Assembly: GCA_041157105.1 (NCBI GenBank)
Contig: JBEBDF010000002.1
Span: 2,494-66,493, forward strand
Length of the DNA stretch: 64,000 nt
Source of the DNA: Bacteroidota bacterium
GTDB lineage: Bacteria; Bacteroidota; Bacteroidia; Cytophagales; Spirosomataceae
Direction: 5' to 3'
A model generated the notes under the pieces. The model ran no database searches, was not told where the DNA came from, and worked only from the letters and a program-made list of their open reading frames with translations. A program made the position numbers and the translations under genes. This document shows, in pieces, positions 39,883 through 49,796 of this stretch. Within the stretch, counting starts at the first letter, position 1. Every line of letters starts with the position of its first letter.

Positions 39883-41129
39883 TGTCATCCATTTTAGATC
39901 AATTTCGACGTACTCGTTTCGCGGCTTCTTCTCTTGCAATGACAAGTGGAGATTTACGCAATGAGGTGTTGGCTAGTTTAGCTGAGTTGATTCGAGAGAA
40001 TACGACTGAAATTTTAAGAGAAAACCAACAGGACGTAGCCCAAATGGCAAGCGATCATCCGATGCGAGATCGCCTTCTGTTAACCCAGGAGCGATTAGTT
40101 GCTCTAGCGGATAGTGTTCTTTCCGTGATGCAATTGCCTAATCCATCGGCTCAGGTTTTGTCGAAGAGAAAGCTCCCAAATGGCTTAGAATTATCTAAAA
40201 TAACCGTACCTCTTGGAGTGGTAGGTGTGATCTTCGAGTCTCGCCCTAATGTAACGATTGATGTTGCAGCGCTATGTATTCGCTCTGGGAATGCGGTGGT
40301 GTTAAGAGGAGGTTCGGACGCCTATTATACGAATACTATTTTAGTTAAATTGATTCATCTCGCCTTAGAAAAACATGGATTTTCGACGGATTTGGTCTAT
40401 TTGATGCCCACAGATCGTGCACACGTGACGACACTTTTGACTGCAGTTAACTATATTGATGTGATTATTCCGCGTGGATCGGAGGCCTTGATACAACGGG
40501 TTCGAAAGGAATCCTTAGTTCCTACGATTGAAACGGGTGCAGGCGTTTGCCATACGTACGTGGGGGCATCGGCGGATCTTTCGATGGCAGTATCCATAGT
40601 GGTGAATGCCAAAGTCTCTCGCCCATCTGTCTGCAACTCATTAGATACTATCGTTTTGCATCAATCGATTGCGGCTGAATTTCTTAAATTAGTAGCTTCA
40701 TCCTTACAAGAATATTCAGTCACGATCTACGCCGACATTTCGGCTTATAATACCCTGAAGCAGGTGGGTTATTCCCTTTTAGAGAATGCTACTGAATCAG
40801 ATTTCGGACGTGAATTCTTGGATTTTGCATGTTCGATTAAAGTGGTCAAAGATTTACCAGAAGCAATTGAGCATATTTCAAACTATTCTTCTCGTCATTC
40901 GGAAGCGATTGTTTCAAATGACGAAACAGAAGCCAGGTTTTTCTTATCAACAGTAGATGCTGCGGCAGTGTATTGGAATGCCTCAACGCGTTTTACAGAT
41001 GGTGGAGAATTTGGCTTAGGCGCTGAAATAGGTATATCTACTCAAAAATTGCACGCAAGGGGTCCTTTTGCTTTGGAAAAATTAGTAACTGAAAAATGGA
41101 TTGGAATTGGTCAAGGCCAAATTCGCTAA
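39882..41129 (+). CDS. proA: Gamma-glutamyl phosphate reductase
   Basis: FESRPNVT, VCNSLD, NASTRFTDGGEFGLGAEIGISTQKLHARGP. Confidence 0.96.
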   Translation: MSSILDQFRRTRFAASSLAMTSGDLRNEVLASLAELIRENTTEILRENQQDVAQMASDHPMRDRLLLTQERLVALADSVLSVMQLPNPSAQVLSKRKLPNGLELSKITVPLGVVGVIFESRPNVTIDVAALCIRSGNAVVLRGGSDAYYTNTILVKLIHLALEKHGFSTDLVYLMPTDRAHVTTLLTAVNYIDVIIPRGSEALIQRVRKESLVPTIETGAGVCHTYVGASADLSMAVSIVVNAKVSRPSVCNSLDTIVLHQSIAAEFLKLVASSLQEYSVTIYADISAYNTLKQVGYSLLENATESDFGREFLDFACSIKVVKDLPEAIEHISNYSSRHSEAIVSNDETEARFFLSTVDAAAVYWNASTRFTDGGEFGLGAEIGISTQKLHARGPFALEKLVTEKWIGIGQGQIR

Positions 41130-42844
41130 AATTCGTGATCTAATCCCATTCTTTGTTTCATTTCGACTAAAATAGGATGTTTTTTAGATAAGAAGTCGTA
41201 TTTATCCGACTGAGTATAAATCATTTTTTTATCTGAAATATCCCCTTGAATTAGATCTAAAACAAGGTCAATCGAATCGTTCTTCAATTTTGTTCGTAGC
41301 TGAGTTATTAATTCAAGTTTCAATGAGTCATTAAATTGTTGCATCTGGACTTCGCTCTCTACCTTCAAATGTATGACGGAATCGATCAGACTAATTTCTC
41401 GATTCATCATCACAAATTTGTTAATGAAATTGCCTGTTTTGAAGCTTTGAGCAATTTGAGTCCATACAAAATTTAACTCCTCGAAACTAAAAGGTTCCTG
41501 CTGAATGTTATCCTCTATCCCAGCTTCCGTTTCATTTTCGAGTTGATTTGAACTGACCACTTTCTTTGCACTGCGTAATCCATGACTGGAAGGTCTAATT
41601 ACTTGCGTTTCAATGGTTGGCACAGGCTCAGCAACAGGCACAGGTTCAGGAATAGGTTCTGAAACCGAAGCCTTAGCTATCGGTTTACTCTCAGACTTTT
41701 TTCCGGCGCCACCCTCCACCGCAGGTTGAGTTGCGGCAGGTTGGTAAACCGACGGCAAGTAATTGATTTTAAGAAGGGTCAATTCGACATGTAAACGTGC
41801 ATTCTTTGCCGATTTGTAATGTATCTCGCATTGGGAGCAAAGATTCATTGCTGATAACAAGAAGGAGGCAGATGTTTTCGCGGACTGCATTTGAAATTTC
41901 TCCCGATTTTCCTTGCTTAATTCCATCAATGCGAGCGTCTTCGGATCTTTAGCAAATAACAAATTTCGGAAATGCTCCGATAGTCCAGCTATGAACTGTT
42001 GTCCGTCAAAACCTTTGCGCATAATCTCGTCTAATAAAACGAGTGAGTCAGTGTGGTTTTGATTCACAAAGAAATCCGTTATTTGGAAGTAATAATCGCT
42101 ATCAAGAATGTGCAGGTTTTCCAATACAGCGGCATGTCTCAGCGAATTGTCCGTTGAAAAAGTCACATTCAAATCAAACATAGACAAGGCGTCACGAAGT
42201 CCACCGTCGGCTTTGATGGAAATTAATTCCAAAGCAGCTGGTTCTGCATTGATGCCTTCCTTATCTGCGATAGACGCAAGATGAGAAGCCATGTCTTTCC
42301 ATTGAATTCGGTTGAAGTCAAAGATTTGGCAACGAGATAAAATCGTAGGTAAAATTTTGTGCTTTTCTGTCGTTGCTAAGATGAAAATAGCATAAGAAGG
42401 CGGCTCCTCTAAGGTCTTTAAAAAGGCATTAAAGGCAGCTGCCGAAAGCATATGAACCTCATCAATAATGTAAATTTTGTATTTACCGTTTTGAGGAGGA
42501 TAGCGAACTTGATCAATTAGGTTGCGAATGTCTTCTACGGAATTATTCGAAGCCGCATCTAATTCGTGAATAGTTAATGAGGTATTTTCTTGGAAAGATT
42601 GACAGGATGAACACTTACCACAAGCTTCTCCATTCGCACCTAAATCCTGGCAATTAATGGTCTTCGCTAAAATACGCGCACAAGTAGTTTTACCGACTCC
42701 TCTTGGACCACAAAAAAGGAATGCTTGTGCCAGGTGATTTGACTTAATCGCATTCTTAAGGGTGGTGGTAATGTGACTTTGGCCTACCACGGAATCAAAT
42801 AGGGTAGGGCGGTATTTACGCGCTGAAACAATAAAATTTTCCAT
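41126..42844 (-). CDS. dnaX: DNA polymerase III subunit gamma/tau
   Basis: ARKYRP, GPRGVGKT, zinc-binding Cys cluster, DAASN, DEVHML, SRC. Confidence 0.96.
   Translation of the reverse strand: MENFIVSARKYRPTLFDSVVGQSHITTTLKNAIKSNHLAQAFLFCGPRGVGKTTCARILAKTINCQDLGANGEACGKCSSCQSFQENTSLTIHELDAASNNSVEDIRNLIDQVRYPPQNGKYKIYIIDEVHMLSAAAFNAFLKTLEEPPSYAIFILATTEKHKILPTILSRCQIFDFNRIQWKDMASHLASIADKEGINAEPAALELISIKADGGLRDALSMFDLNVTFSTDNSLRHAAVLENLHILDSDYYFQITDFFVNQNHTDSLVLLDEIMRKGFDGQQFIAGLSEHFRNLLFAKDPKTLALMELSKENREKFQMQSAKTSASFLLSAMNLCSQCEIHYKSAKNARLHVELTLLKINYLPSVYQPAATQPAVEGGAGKKSESKPIAKASVSEPIPEPVPVAEPVPTIETQVIRPSSHGLRSAKKVVSSNQLENETEAGIEDNIQQEPFSFEELNFVWTQIAQSFKTGNFINKFVMMNREISLIDSVIHLKVESEVQMQQFNDSLKLELITQLRTKLKNDSIDLVLDLIQGDISDKKMIYTQSDKYDFLSKKHPILVEMKQRMGLDHEF
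41662..41717 (-). promoter_or_regulatory. Putative programmed -1 ribosomal frameshift signal in dnaX
   Basis: GGAGGG, 9 nt, in-frame A AAA AAG (41702-41696), -1 frame GTC TGA, downstream AAACCGA/TCGGTTT stem-loop. Confidence 0.75.
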
Positions 42845-42883
42845 AATCAAATTTATCTTTTTAAGCCTTAATTCCCAAATGCG

Positions 42884-44299
42884 TTAGGGGATTCTAATGA
42901 CCGCACTCACTGGGAAATGATCTGTTGGATATTTATTCTCCCAAGTCTCGCTATGGGTCGTATGTTGCAAAACAGAAGGTCCGTTTTTAACAAAGATATA
43001 GTCAATGTGTCTTCCTTCTTGTTCTTTTACGAAGCCATTGAATGAACTGTATGGCCCATAATGACCATTTTGGCTAATCTTTTCTGCATCGATGACGCGC
43101 GCTGGATTTTTTCCATCCACTAAAATTTGGATAGGTTCGTCGTCTGGCGTTGCGTTAAAATCTCCTGTTAAAATCACTGGAGTTTTACCTGCGATTTCTT
43201 CAATTTTACGTAAAATGAGCTTCGCACTTTCTCTGCGTGCGACCTTTCCTAGATGATCAAAATGGGTATTGAATACGAAGAATTTCTTGCCAGTCTTGAT
43301 CTCTTGAAATTGTCCCCAAGTAACGACCCGGCGGCAAGCAGCATCCCAGCCAAAACCTACCTTATCGCAGGAATCCGATAGCCAAAAGGTACTTTCTTTA
43401 ATCAATTTGAACTTTGATTTTCGGTACATCAAGGCAGAGAATTCTCCTTCCGTTTTACCATCATCCCGACCTTTTCCGAACCATCCAAAACCTGGTAATT
43501 CTTTTTCTAAATCGGTAATTTGATGCAAATAGGCTTCTTGTAATCCAACAATGTCAGCTTGGTGATAGCGGATGAGTTCTCCACAGTGTTTGATGCGGTA
43601 TTTCCATTGGTTTAGGCCATCTGATTCGGTATCTAATCGCACATTGAATGTCATTGCTTTTAGTTGGGCAGTGGCTGCAGGACCAGCTAATAAGAGTAAA
43701 AAACAAATAAAGGCTTTCAGAATATTCATCACTTGGGGAAATACTTTATCGTTCCTGCCATTTTTTATGACAAAATCGGCCCCCCATAAATAGTTTTTAG
43801 GCTGAGGTTGTAAATCAATCATTTGCATTGTTTCCATATAGCTCATACGACTTCGTTTTTGAATGTTTTGAATACGTTCATTTAAAGGTGAATCCACAGT
43901 GATTATCTGTGAAATATGCTCTGGTTTAGTTCGCGGTGTGATAAGGGCTGATTCATACAAATAAAAAGGTGCTTCTGGTGCCGAAGCGTGCCAATCAACC
44001 GCATTTTGACGAACTGCAGGATGAATAATGGCATTCAAATGGGCCACATCACCTGGATATTTTTGTAATAAACCCTTCATCCAAGTTCGATTATAGGAAC
44101 CATCTGGAAGGTAAGCTTTAGGGCCAAACTCCGCAGTGATTGCTTCTTTCACCGTGATGTCATTCTCGCAAATTTCGCGAGCCACTTTATCTGCTTCAAA
44201 AACGGGAATGCCTAGACACGAAAAAATCCGGCAAATAGTCGATTTGCCGGATCCTATTCCGCCTGTAATTCCGATGAAAGGTTTCAGGCTATTTTGCAT
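42884..44299 (-). CDS. coaE: Dephospho-CoA kinase fused in frame to a signal-peptide-bearing endonuclease/exonuclease/phosphatase (EEP) domain
   Basis: GITGGIGSGKST, IIHPAVR and YESAL (CoaE), then a hydrophobic linker, then MTFNVR, GLQE, NTHFDH, GDFNA, IDYIF and TDHFPV (EEP). Confidence 0.85.
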   Translation of the reverse strand: MQNSLKPFIGITGGIGSGKSTICRIFSCLGIPVFEADKVAREICENDITVKEAITAEFGPKAYLPDGSYNRTWMKGLLQKYPGDVAHLNAIIHPAVRQNAVDWHASAPEAPFYLYESALITPRTKPEHISQIITVDSPLNERIQNIQKRSRMSYMETMQMIDLQPQPKNYLWGADFVIKNGRNDKVFPQVMNILKAFICFLLLLAGPAATAQLKAMTFNVRLDTESDGLNQWKYRIKHCGELIRYHQADIVGLQEAYLHQITDLEKELPGFGWFGKGRDDGKTEGEFSALMYRKSKFKLIKESTFWLSDSCDKVGFGWDAACRRVVTWGQFQEIKTGKKFFVFNTHFDHLGKVARRESAKLILRKIEEIAGKTPVILTGDFNATPDDEPIQILVDGKNPARVIDAEKISQNGHYGPYSSFNGFVKEQEGRHIDYIFVKNGPSVLQHTTHSETWENKYPTDHFPVSAVIRIP

Positions 44300-44303
44300 T
44301 GAA

Positions 44304-44603
44304 TTATTCTTCTAAGCGAGAGGAAGCATCTTTTGAGATGGCCGTTTTCTCAAATACCATACGAACGCCCTTATTTGAATCAACTTCAACTACGATGGTT
44401 TTTTCGCGGATAGTAACCACAGTTCCGTGTGCTCCTCCAATTGTTACGACTTTATCACCTGTCTTTAATTCCTCAATGAATTTCTTCGCTTCTTTTGCTT
44501 TTTGTTGCTGTGGACGAATCATAAAGAAATAAAATACCACAAAAATTCCTCCAAAAAGGATGATTTGCATGTAGGCAGGACTTTGAGCTTGTAATAATAA
44601 CAT
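44304..44603 (-). CDS. yajC: Preprotein translocase subunit YajC
   Basis: FYFFMIRPQ, GDKVVTIGGAHG; ATG 44603 preferred. Confidence 0.95.
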   Translation of the reverse strand: MLLLQAQSPAYMQIILFGGIFVVFYFFMIRPQQQKAKEAKKFIEELKTGDKVVTIGGAHGTVVTIREKTIVVEVDSNKGVRMVFEKTAISKDASSRLEE

Positions 44604-44607
44604 GTTT

Positions 44608-45048
44608 TTATTTTTTAGGTAAGACTTCAACTTTAAATGCCATTCTATTTTCCGCTGGTAGCGTGTTACAGTAGGCGGTAATGGATTTCTGCAATTTCCC
44701 TTCTTTTCCTTTCGAATCAAATTTTACTCGAATAAATCCCTTTTTCCCCGGTTGAATGATATTTGTGGACCATTTCGGAGTGGTACATCCGCACGATGCA
44801 TTGACTGAGATAATTTTCAAAGGCAAATTCCCCGTATTCTTAAAATTAAACGTGTGAAAAACACTATCTCCTTCCACTAGTTTACCTAAAGATACGAAGG
44901 GCTTATCTACTTTAAGGATTGGTTGTTTTTCTACACTTGGTTTTAATGCTGCTGGTATAGCATTCTCTGTGGCATTATTCGCTTCTTTTTGCTGATTCGT
45001 ACAGGAAAAAATCCCTAGAAGACAGAAAAAAAAGAGAGTGGAGCGCAT
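44608..45048 (-). CDS. DUF1573 domain lipoprotein
   Basis: Lipobox FSC; FKNTG, ASCGCTTP. Confidence 0.9.
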   Translation of the reverse strand: MRSTLFFFCLLGIFSCTNQQKEANNATENAIPAALKPSVEKQPILKVDKPFVSLGKLVEGDSVFHTFNFKNTGNLPLKIISVNASCGCTTPKWSTNIIQPGKKGFIRVKFDSKGKEGKLQKSITAYCNTLPAENRMAFKVEVLPKK

Positions 45049-45049
45049 C

Positions 45050-45346
45050 TTATTTCGCCTTAATTTGTGTCATCATTTTTTCCACATCCTCTAGCAATTT
45101 CTCTGCTTTGATTTTCGCATCTTGAACGACTTTTTTTCCTTCTGATTTAGCAGAAGTTTCAATCACTTCTTTACCATCTACGATATCATTGATCAATTGC
45201 TTTAATTGATCACGGTATTTGTTCAATTGAAAATACAATTTACTTCGGGTATTCTCTCCTTTATCAGGAGCGTATAAAATACCTACAACAGCCCCTGCTG
45301 CCGCGCCTACTACAAAGGCCCAAAAAGATCTAGATGATTTGCTCAT
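45050..45346 (-). CDS. YtxH domain protein
   Basis: GAAAGAVVGILYAPDKGENTR. Confidence 0.9.
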   Translation of the reverse strand: MSKSSRSFWAFVVGAAAGAVVGILYAPDKGENTRSKLYFQLNKYRDQLKQLINDIVDGKEVIETSAKSEGKKVVQDAKIKAEKLLEDVEKMMTQIKAK

Positions 45347-45347
45347 T

Positions 45348-46511
45348 TTATTTGTTAGCTATGTCGATTAATCCTCGACCTGATTTAGTAATCACTTTTT
45401 CGTGAACTAAGCGATTCGAAACTACGTCCAAAATACCGTTAATAAACTGGCCAGACTTAGGTGTCGAATAGTTTTTTGCTAGTTCGATGTACTCATTTAT
45501 GCTCACTTTTACTGGAATACTTGAGAATTTCACCATCTCGGCTAAGGCCATTTTGAGAATGATAAAATCCGCGACCGCTAGGCGATCAGACTCCCAGTTT
45601 TTAGTTTGATCCCCGATCCAAGCACTTAATTGCTTGTCTTCTAAGACACTGTAATCAAATAATTCTTCAAAGAATAACTTGTCGTCTTCCCATTGGATGG
45701 CGAGAGGTTGTAAACTTAGGTCTTCCAAAGCCTCTATCTTAAAGGTTTTGTTCGCCATACTCTTTACCACATCCTTATTCAAAGACCAATTTAAATCTTT
45801 TTCCTCAAAATATTCTGTCATCGACTCGTGTTTTAAAAGGAAATTTTTCAACACGTAAACGACGAAAGCTAAATCGTCTTCAAACTTCTTGCCTGCGGTA
45901 GGAAGGTAAGTTAGGAAGGTTTCATCCGTCAAGATGTTCTCGATAAATAATTTCTTGATTAAATTTTCATCCTCTTCTGACCAACCAATGTGGTTCTTGT
46001 CGAAGGCGCGTTGCAAATCGCTCCATTTGGACAGAATATAAAATACCTTATTTTTAGCCAGTAATGAGGTCTTTATATTATTTTCTAACAAGCGTCTATT
46101 TTCATCCCAAAGGGCAATTAAGGGCAATTGCTGCAAGTAATATAGGATTTTAAGGTATTGCTTGTTGATGGCTTCCACCTCTAAAACCATATCATTTTTT
46201 AGCTTTTTAGCTATTTGCTTTACGTTTGCTTGGTATTGATTGTAGACTGATTGAGCTGCTTCTTGCGCTTCGTCTGGTATTGTTTCTTCTGATGTAATTT
46301 CTTGAAAAAACTCTTTTAACTGAATTTCGGCTAGTTGTCTTAGGCCCTCTAAACGAGGCATTTGGTCTTCTTTTGCGACCATTAAGGATAAATCAGGCTG
46401 AAAAATGGTCGCTAAACCATCAAAAGCTAATTGATATTGGGCACGTTCTTGTGTATAGAAAGCATACAATTGCTGAAATGCTTTGACACGTAGTAATCTC
46501 CTGTTAACCAT
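45348..46511 (-). CDS. nusB: Transcription antitermination factor NusB (long Bacteroidota form)
   Basis: NRRLLRVKAFQ, PVKVSINEYIELAK, FINGILD. TAATTTTG box at 46543-46550 on the minus strand. Confidence 0.93.
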   Translation of the reverse strand: MVNRRLLRVKAFQQLYAFYTQERAQYQLAFDGLATIFQPDLSLMVAKEDQMPRLEGLRQLAEIQLKEFFQEITSEETIPDEAQEAAQSVYNQYQANVKQIAKKLKNDMVLEVEAINKQYLKILYYLQQLPLIALWDENRRLLENNIKTSLLAKNKVFYILSKWSDLQRAFDKNHIGWSEEDENLIKKLFIENILTDETFLTYLPTAGKKFEDDLAFVVYVLKNFLLKHESMTEYFEEKDLNWSLNKDVVKSMANKTFKIEALEDLSLQPLAIQWEDDKLFFEELFDYSVLEDKQLSAWIGDQTKNWESDRLAVADFIILKMALAEMVKFSSIPVKVSINEYIELAKNYSTPKSGQFINGILDVVSNRLVHEKVITKSGRGLIDIANK

Positions 46512-46599
46512 CCGAAATAAAAGAGCGTCTTGTTTTGAATCCCAAAATTAAGAATTTTAATTGATAAAGGTCCTATCTTTGTGGTCAATTAATCTATAC

Positions 46600-48402
46600 A
46601 TGGGCGCGCTAAGTCATATCAATCAGTATTTTTGGAAGTACAAATGGCTTTTGCTGCTAGGGATAATTTTCACACTTTTGTCTAATTTTTTTGGTGTATT
46701 CCCTGCGCAATTAGTACGATATGCGCTCGACTTAGTGACAGAAACTATTGACATTTATTTCCTATTTAAAGGATTTAGTCTTCAAAAAGCCTTTTATGAA
46801 ATTTTTGGTTTTACCTTATTCTTTTACGGTGGTTTAATCATTTTGATGGCAATTATGAAGGGAGTATTTCTTTTTTTAGTTCGTCAAACCCTCATTGTGA
46901 TGTCTCGTCATATCGAGTACGAGTTAAAAAATGAGATTTATACCCATTATCAAACTTTGCCTCTATCCTTTTATCGCCAACAAAATACGGGAGATTTGAT
47001 GGCGCGTATTTCTGAGGATGTAGGAAAAGTACGGATGTATGTAGGTCCCAGCATGATGTATGGATTGAATTTGATTACGGTTTTTATACTTGTGATCTAT
47101 TCGATGTGGCAAGTGAATCAAAAATTGATGTGGTATGTGTTAATGCCATTACCTGTTTTGTCGTTGAGTATTTATTACGTCAACTCCCTTATTATTCGTA
47201 AATCTGAAGAGATTCAAGCTGCTTTATCGCAGATTTCGACCTTTGCACAGGAAGCCTTTTCTGGGATTCGAGTGTTAAAGTCTTTTGTTCGAGAGAAGAA
47301 ATCATTGGAATCTTTTTCAGAAGCATCTTCAGCCTACCGTAGTAAATCACTAGGTTTAGTAAAAGTGGATTCGCTTTTTACACCCTTAATTGCGTTGTTG
47401 GTTGGTTTTTCGACCATTTTAGTGGTTTATATTGGATCACAGGAAGTAATCGCTGGCCGAATGACAGTGGGAAATATTACCGAGTTCATTATGTATGTGT
47501 TTATGTTGACATGGCCGGTGACCGCTTTGGGCTGGACGAGTTCGCAGATTCAGCGGGCTGCAGCTTCTCAGAAGCGGATTAATGAGTTTTTAGAGGCCAA
47601 ATCAGAACTAACCACTGGTCAGCAAATTCGACAAGAGATCATCGGGAATTGGGAGTTTAAAGAGGTTAGTTTTGCCTATCCAGGTTCAGATCGCTTGGTA
47701 TTAGAAAAAGTTAATTTAACCATTGCGGCGGGGGAATCCGTGGCGCTATTAGGACAAACTGGTTCAGGAAAGTCAACAGTGGCTTTATTGATGGCTCGTT
47801 TTTATGACCCTAGTTCGGGGGAGATTTTGTTGGATGGTATTTCATTGAAAGAGTGGGATATGGCGTGGGTGCGCTCTTTTGTAGGATTTGTGCCGCAGGA
47901 TGTATTTTTGTTTTCGACCAGTATTTCTGAGAATATTCGGTTCGGGAACGATTCTTTAACACAGGAATCCATCGAAATTGCGGCGAAGCAAGCAGATGTG
48001 TATGAAAACATCATGGAGTTCCCAGATCAATTCGAGACTATTCTAGGCGAGAGGGGTATTACGCTTTCAGGTGGACAGAAACAACGCGTCTCGATTGCAC
48101 GTGCTTTGGCCAAAAACCCGAAAATGCTTCTATTAGACGACTGTTTATCTGCAGTTGATACGCATACGGAACATACGATTCTAGAAAACTTGAAACAAGT
48201 CACACATGGGAAATCTTCTTTAATTATCTCACACCGTGTTTCTTCCGCTCGTTTAGCCAATCGAATCTTTGTGCTTTCCGATGGATCAATCATTGAAAGT
48301 GGATCACACGAGTACCTGATGGAGCGTAAAACACTTTATTTCGAACTTTATCAACAGCAGTTAAACGAGGAATTACATCAAATTTCCGCTCAATCGAATT
48401 AA
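46600..48402 (+). CDS. ABC transporter, fused permease/ATPase (MdlA-like exporter)
   Basis: TGDLMAR, GQTGSGKS, LSGGQKQR, LLLDD. ATG 46600 follows the TATCTTTG box at 46574-46581. Confidence 0.92.
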   Translation: MGALSHINQYFWKYKWLLLLGIIFTLLSNFFGVFPAQLVRYALDLVTETIDIYFLFKGFSLQKAFYEIFGFTLFFYGGLIILMAIMKGVFLFLVRQTLIVMSRHIEYELKNEIYTHYQTLPLSFYRQQNTGDLMARISEDVGKVRMYVGPSMMYGLNLITVFILVIYSMWQVNQKLMWYVLMPLPVLSLSIYYVNSLIIRKSEEIQAALSQISTFAQEAFSGIRVLKSFVREKKSLESFSEASSAYRSKSLGLVKVDSLFTPLIALLVGFSTILVVYIGSQEVIAGRMTVGNITEFIMYVFMLTWPVTALGWTSSQIQRAAASQKRINEFLEAKSELTTGQQIRQEIIGNWEFKEVSFAYPGSDRLVLEKVNLTIAAGESVALLGQTGSGKSTVALLMARFYDPSSGEILLDGISLKEWDMAWVRSFVGFVPQDVFLFSTSISENIRFGNDSLTQESIEIAAKQADVYENIMEFPDQFETILGERGITLSGGQKQRVSIARALAKNPKMLLLDDCLSAVDTHTEHTILENLKQVTHGKSSLIISHRVSSARLANRIFVLSDGSIIESGSHEYLMERKTLYFELYQQQLNEELHQISAQSN

Positions 48403-49680
48403 CTCTATTTCAGCTGATTTCGCAGCAAATTTAGCTTCAATTAAACGAGTTTCAGCCGCCACAGCATTGCGTTGCACCTCTCTCAATTCATAGGATGTAG
48501 CGATACCTACTTTAAAGCGATCAAAAGCAATATCGATATTTTGCTTTGCGATGGCGTAATTCTCTGTTTCAAGCTGAATTAAATTCAAGGCATTTTCATA
48601 GGTAATGAAGGTTCTTTCTAGCATAGATAAAAGATTATTTTTCAAATCCTCAATTTGTAGAGACGCAATTTCTGCATTGATTTTTGCGTTTTGAATTCTT
48701 CTTTTCTGATTATAGCCATCAAAGATATTGAATGTTGCTCTTAAGCCATAGTTTAAAACATTGCTGCTTCCTTTTTCTACCCCAAAACCAGCTCCATTTG
48801 CCACGCTATTTAAGTTATACCCAGCTAATAAATCGATTTGAGGTTTTTGTTGACTCTGTAAATTTTTGGTATCCAAATCATTGATTTTTTTTGTCAAAAT
48901 AGCAGAGATGAGTGCAGGGTTTTGAGACAAAGCACTTGTTTTTAGCTCATTTAACGCTAGTTTCGGCATTAAATCAATCATCGTATTTATTTGAAAATCT
49001 GCCTTGTAATCTTTAACCAAAAGGGTGTTGAACCCGATTTTAGTATTTGTGAAGGATTGCTCCTGTGCTATTAATAGCGCCTTATCCTCATTATAATCGA
49101 CTTGAGCGGAGTAATAATCTACTTTAGACCCTTGTCCTACTTCGTAGCGGTCTTTCGCTAATTTAAGGCGGTCATTCGAGATTTCAAGTCCTTTTTTGAA
49201 GTTGTTTACTCTCAGATTTTGACGAATGATATCGTAATATGTGGTTGAAATTAAGGCGATTAAGTTCTCTATATTGGATTCAGTTTGCTTTGCCCCCAGG
49301 TTTTGTAATTCTTTAAATCGATCACGTAAAACAAACATGCCTTGTCCATCGTATAATGTCCAAGCCATCGCTAAGCCCGCATTGCTAGAATTTGATCTAA
49401 CCCCAGATTGAACCAAAGGTGGTCTTAATCCTCCAAAAAATGATTGATCAAGACCTGAGACCGTATAATTTTTAGAAGCTGTTCCGGAGATGGTAGGTAG
49501 AAATCCTGCATTACCAAGTGAATTTTCATTCTCTGCGATACGCTCCCTCTGCCTTGAAATCTGAATGGAATATTGCTTTGTTATTCCTTGTTGGATTGCC
49601 TCTTCTAAAGTCAACATTTGTTGTGCTTGCGCCGCTATTGGACACAAAAGAACGAAGAAGGCTAAGCGATATAGTTTCAT
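48373..49680 (-). CDS. TolC family outer membrane efflux protein
   Basis: LTLEEAI, FLPT, DRYEVG and DRFKVG repeats, FNIFDG. Confidence 0.9.
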   Translation of the reverse strand: MKLYRLAFFVLLCPIAAQAQQMLTLEEAIQQGITKQYSIQISRQRERIAENENSLGNAGFLPTISGTASKNYTVSGLDQSFFGGLRPPLVQSGVRSNSSNAGLAMAWTLYDGQGMFVLRDRFKELQNLGAKQTESNIENLIALISTTYYDIIRQNLRVNNFKKGLEISNDRLKLAKDRYEVGQGSKVDYYSAQVDYNEDKALLIAQEQSFTNTKIGFNTLLVKDYKADFQINTMIDLMPKLALNELKTSALSQNPALISAILTKKINDLDTKNLQSQQKPQIDLLAGYNLNSVANGAGFGVEKGSSNVLNYGLRATFNIFDGYNQKRRIQNAKINAEIASLQIEDLKNNLLSMLERTFITYENALNLIQLETENYAIAKQNIDIAFDRFKVGIATSYELREVQRNAVAAETRLIEAKFAAKSAEIELIRLSGNLM

Positions 49681-49796
49681 AGAAATAGGTTAAATCAATC
49701 AATAAAACAAACTTAACAAAATCAAGCCACATTAGGAAGTCAAAAGCCTATAAGCACCCATAAGGCTTTTTGCGTAGAATGTAATACATTTGTTTA

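Noticed and set aside
44604-44720. N-terminal extension of YajC, and similar extensions for purH, arsI, arsC, cmk, the ABC exporter and the 25459 start
   Set aside because: The extensions overlap upstream genes or promoter boxes; downstream ATGs fit family length.
46600-49680. ABC exporter plus TolC as a tripartite type I secretion system
   Set aside because: The genes are convergent and no membrane fusion protein gene is present.
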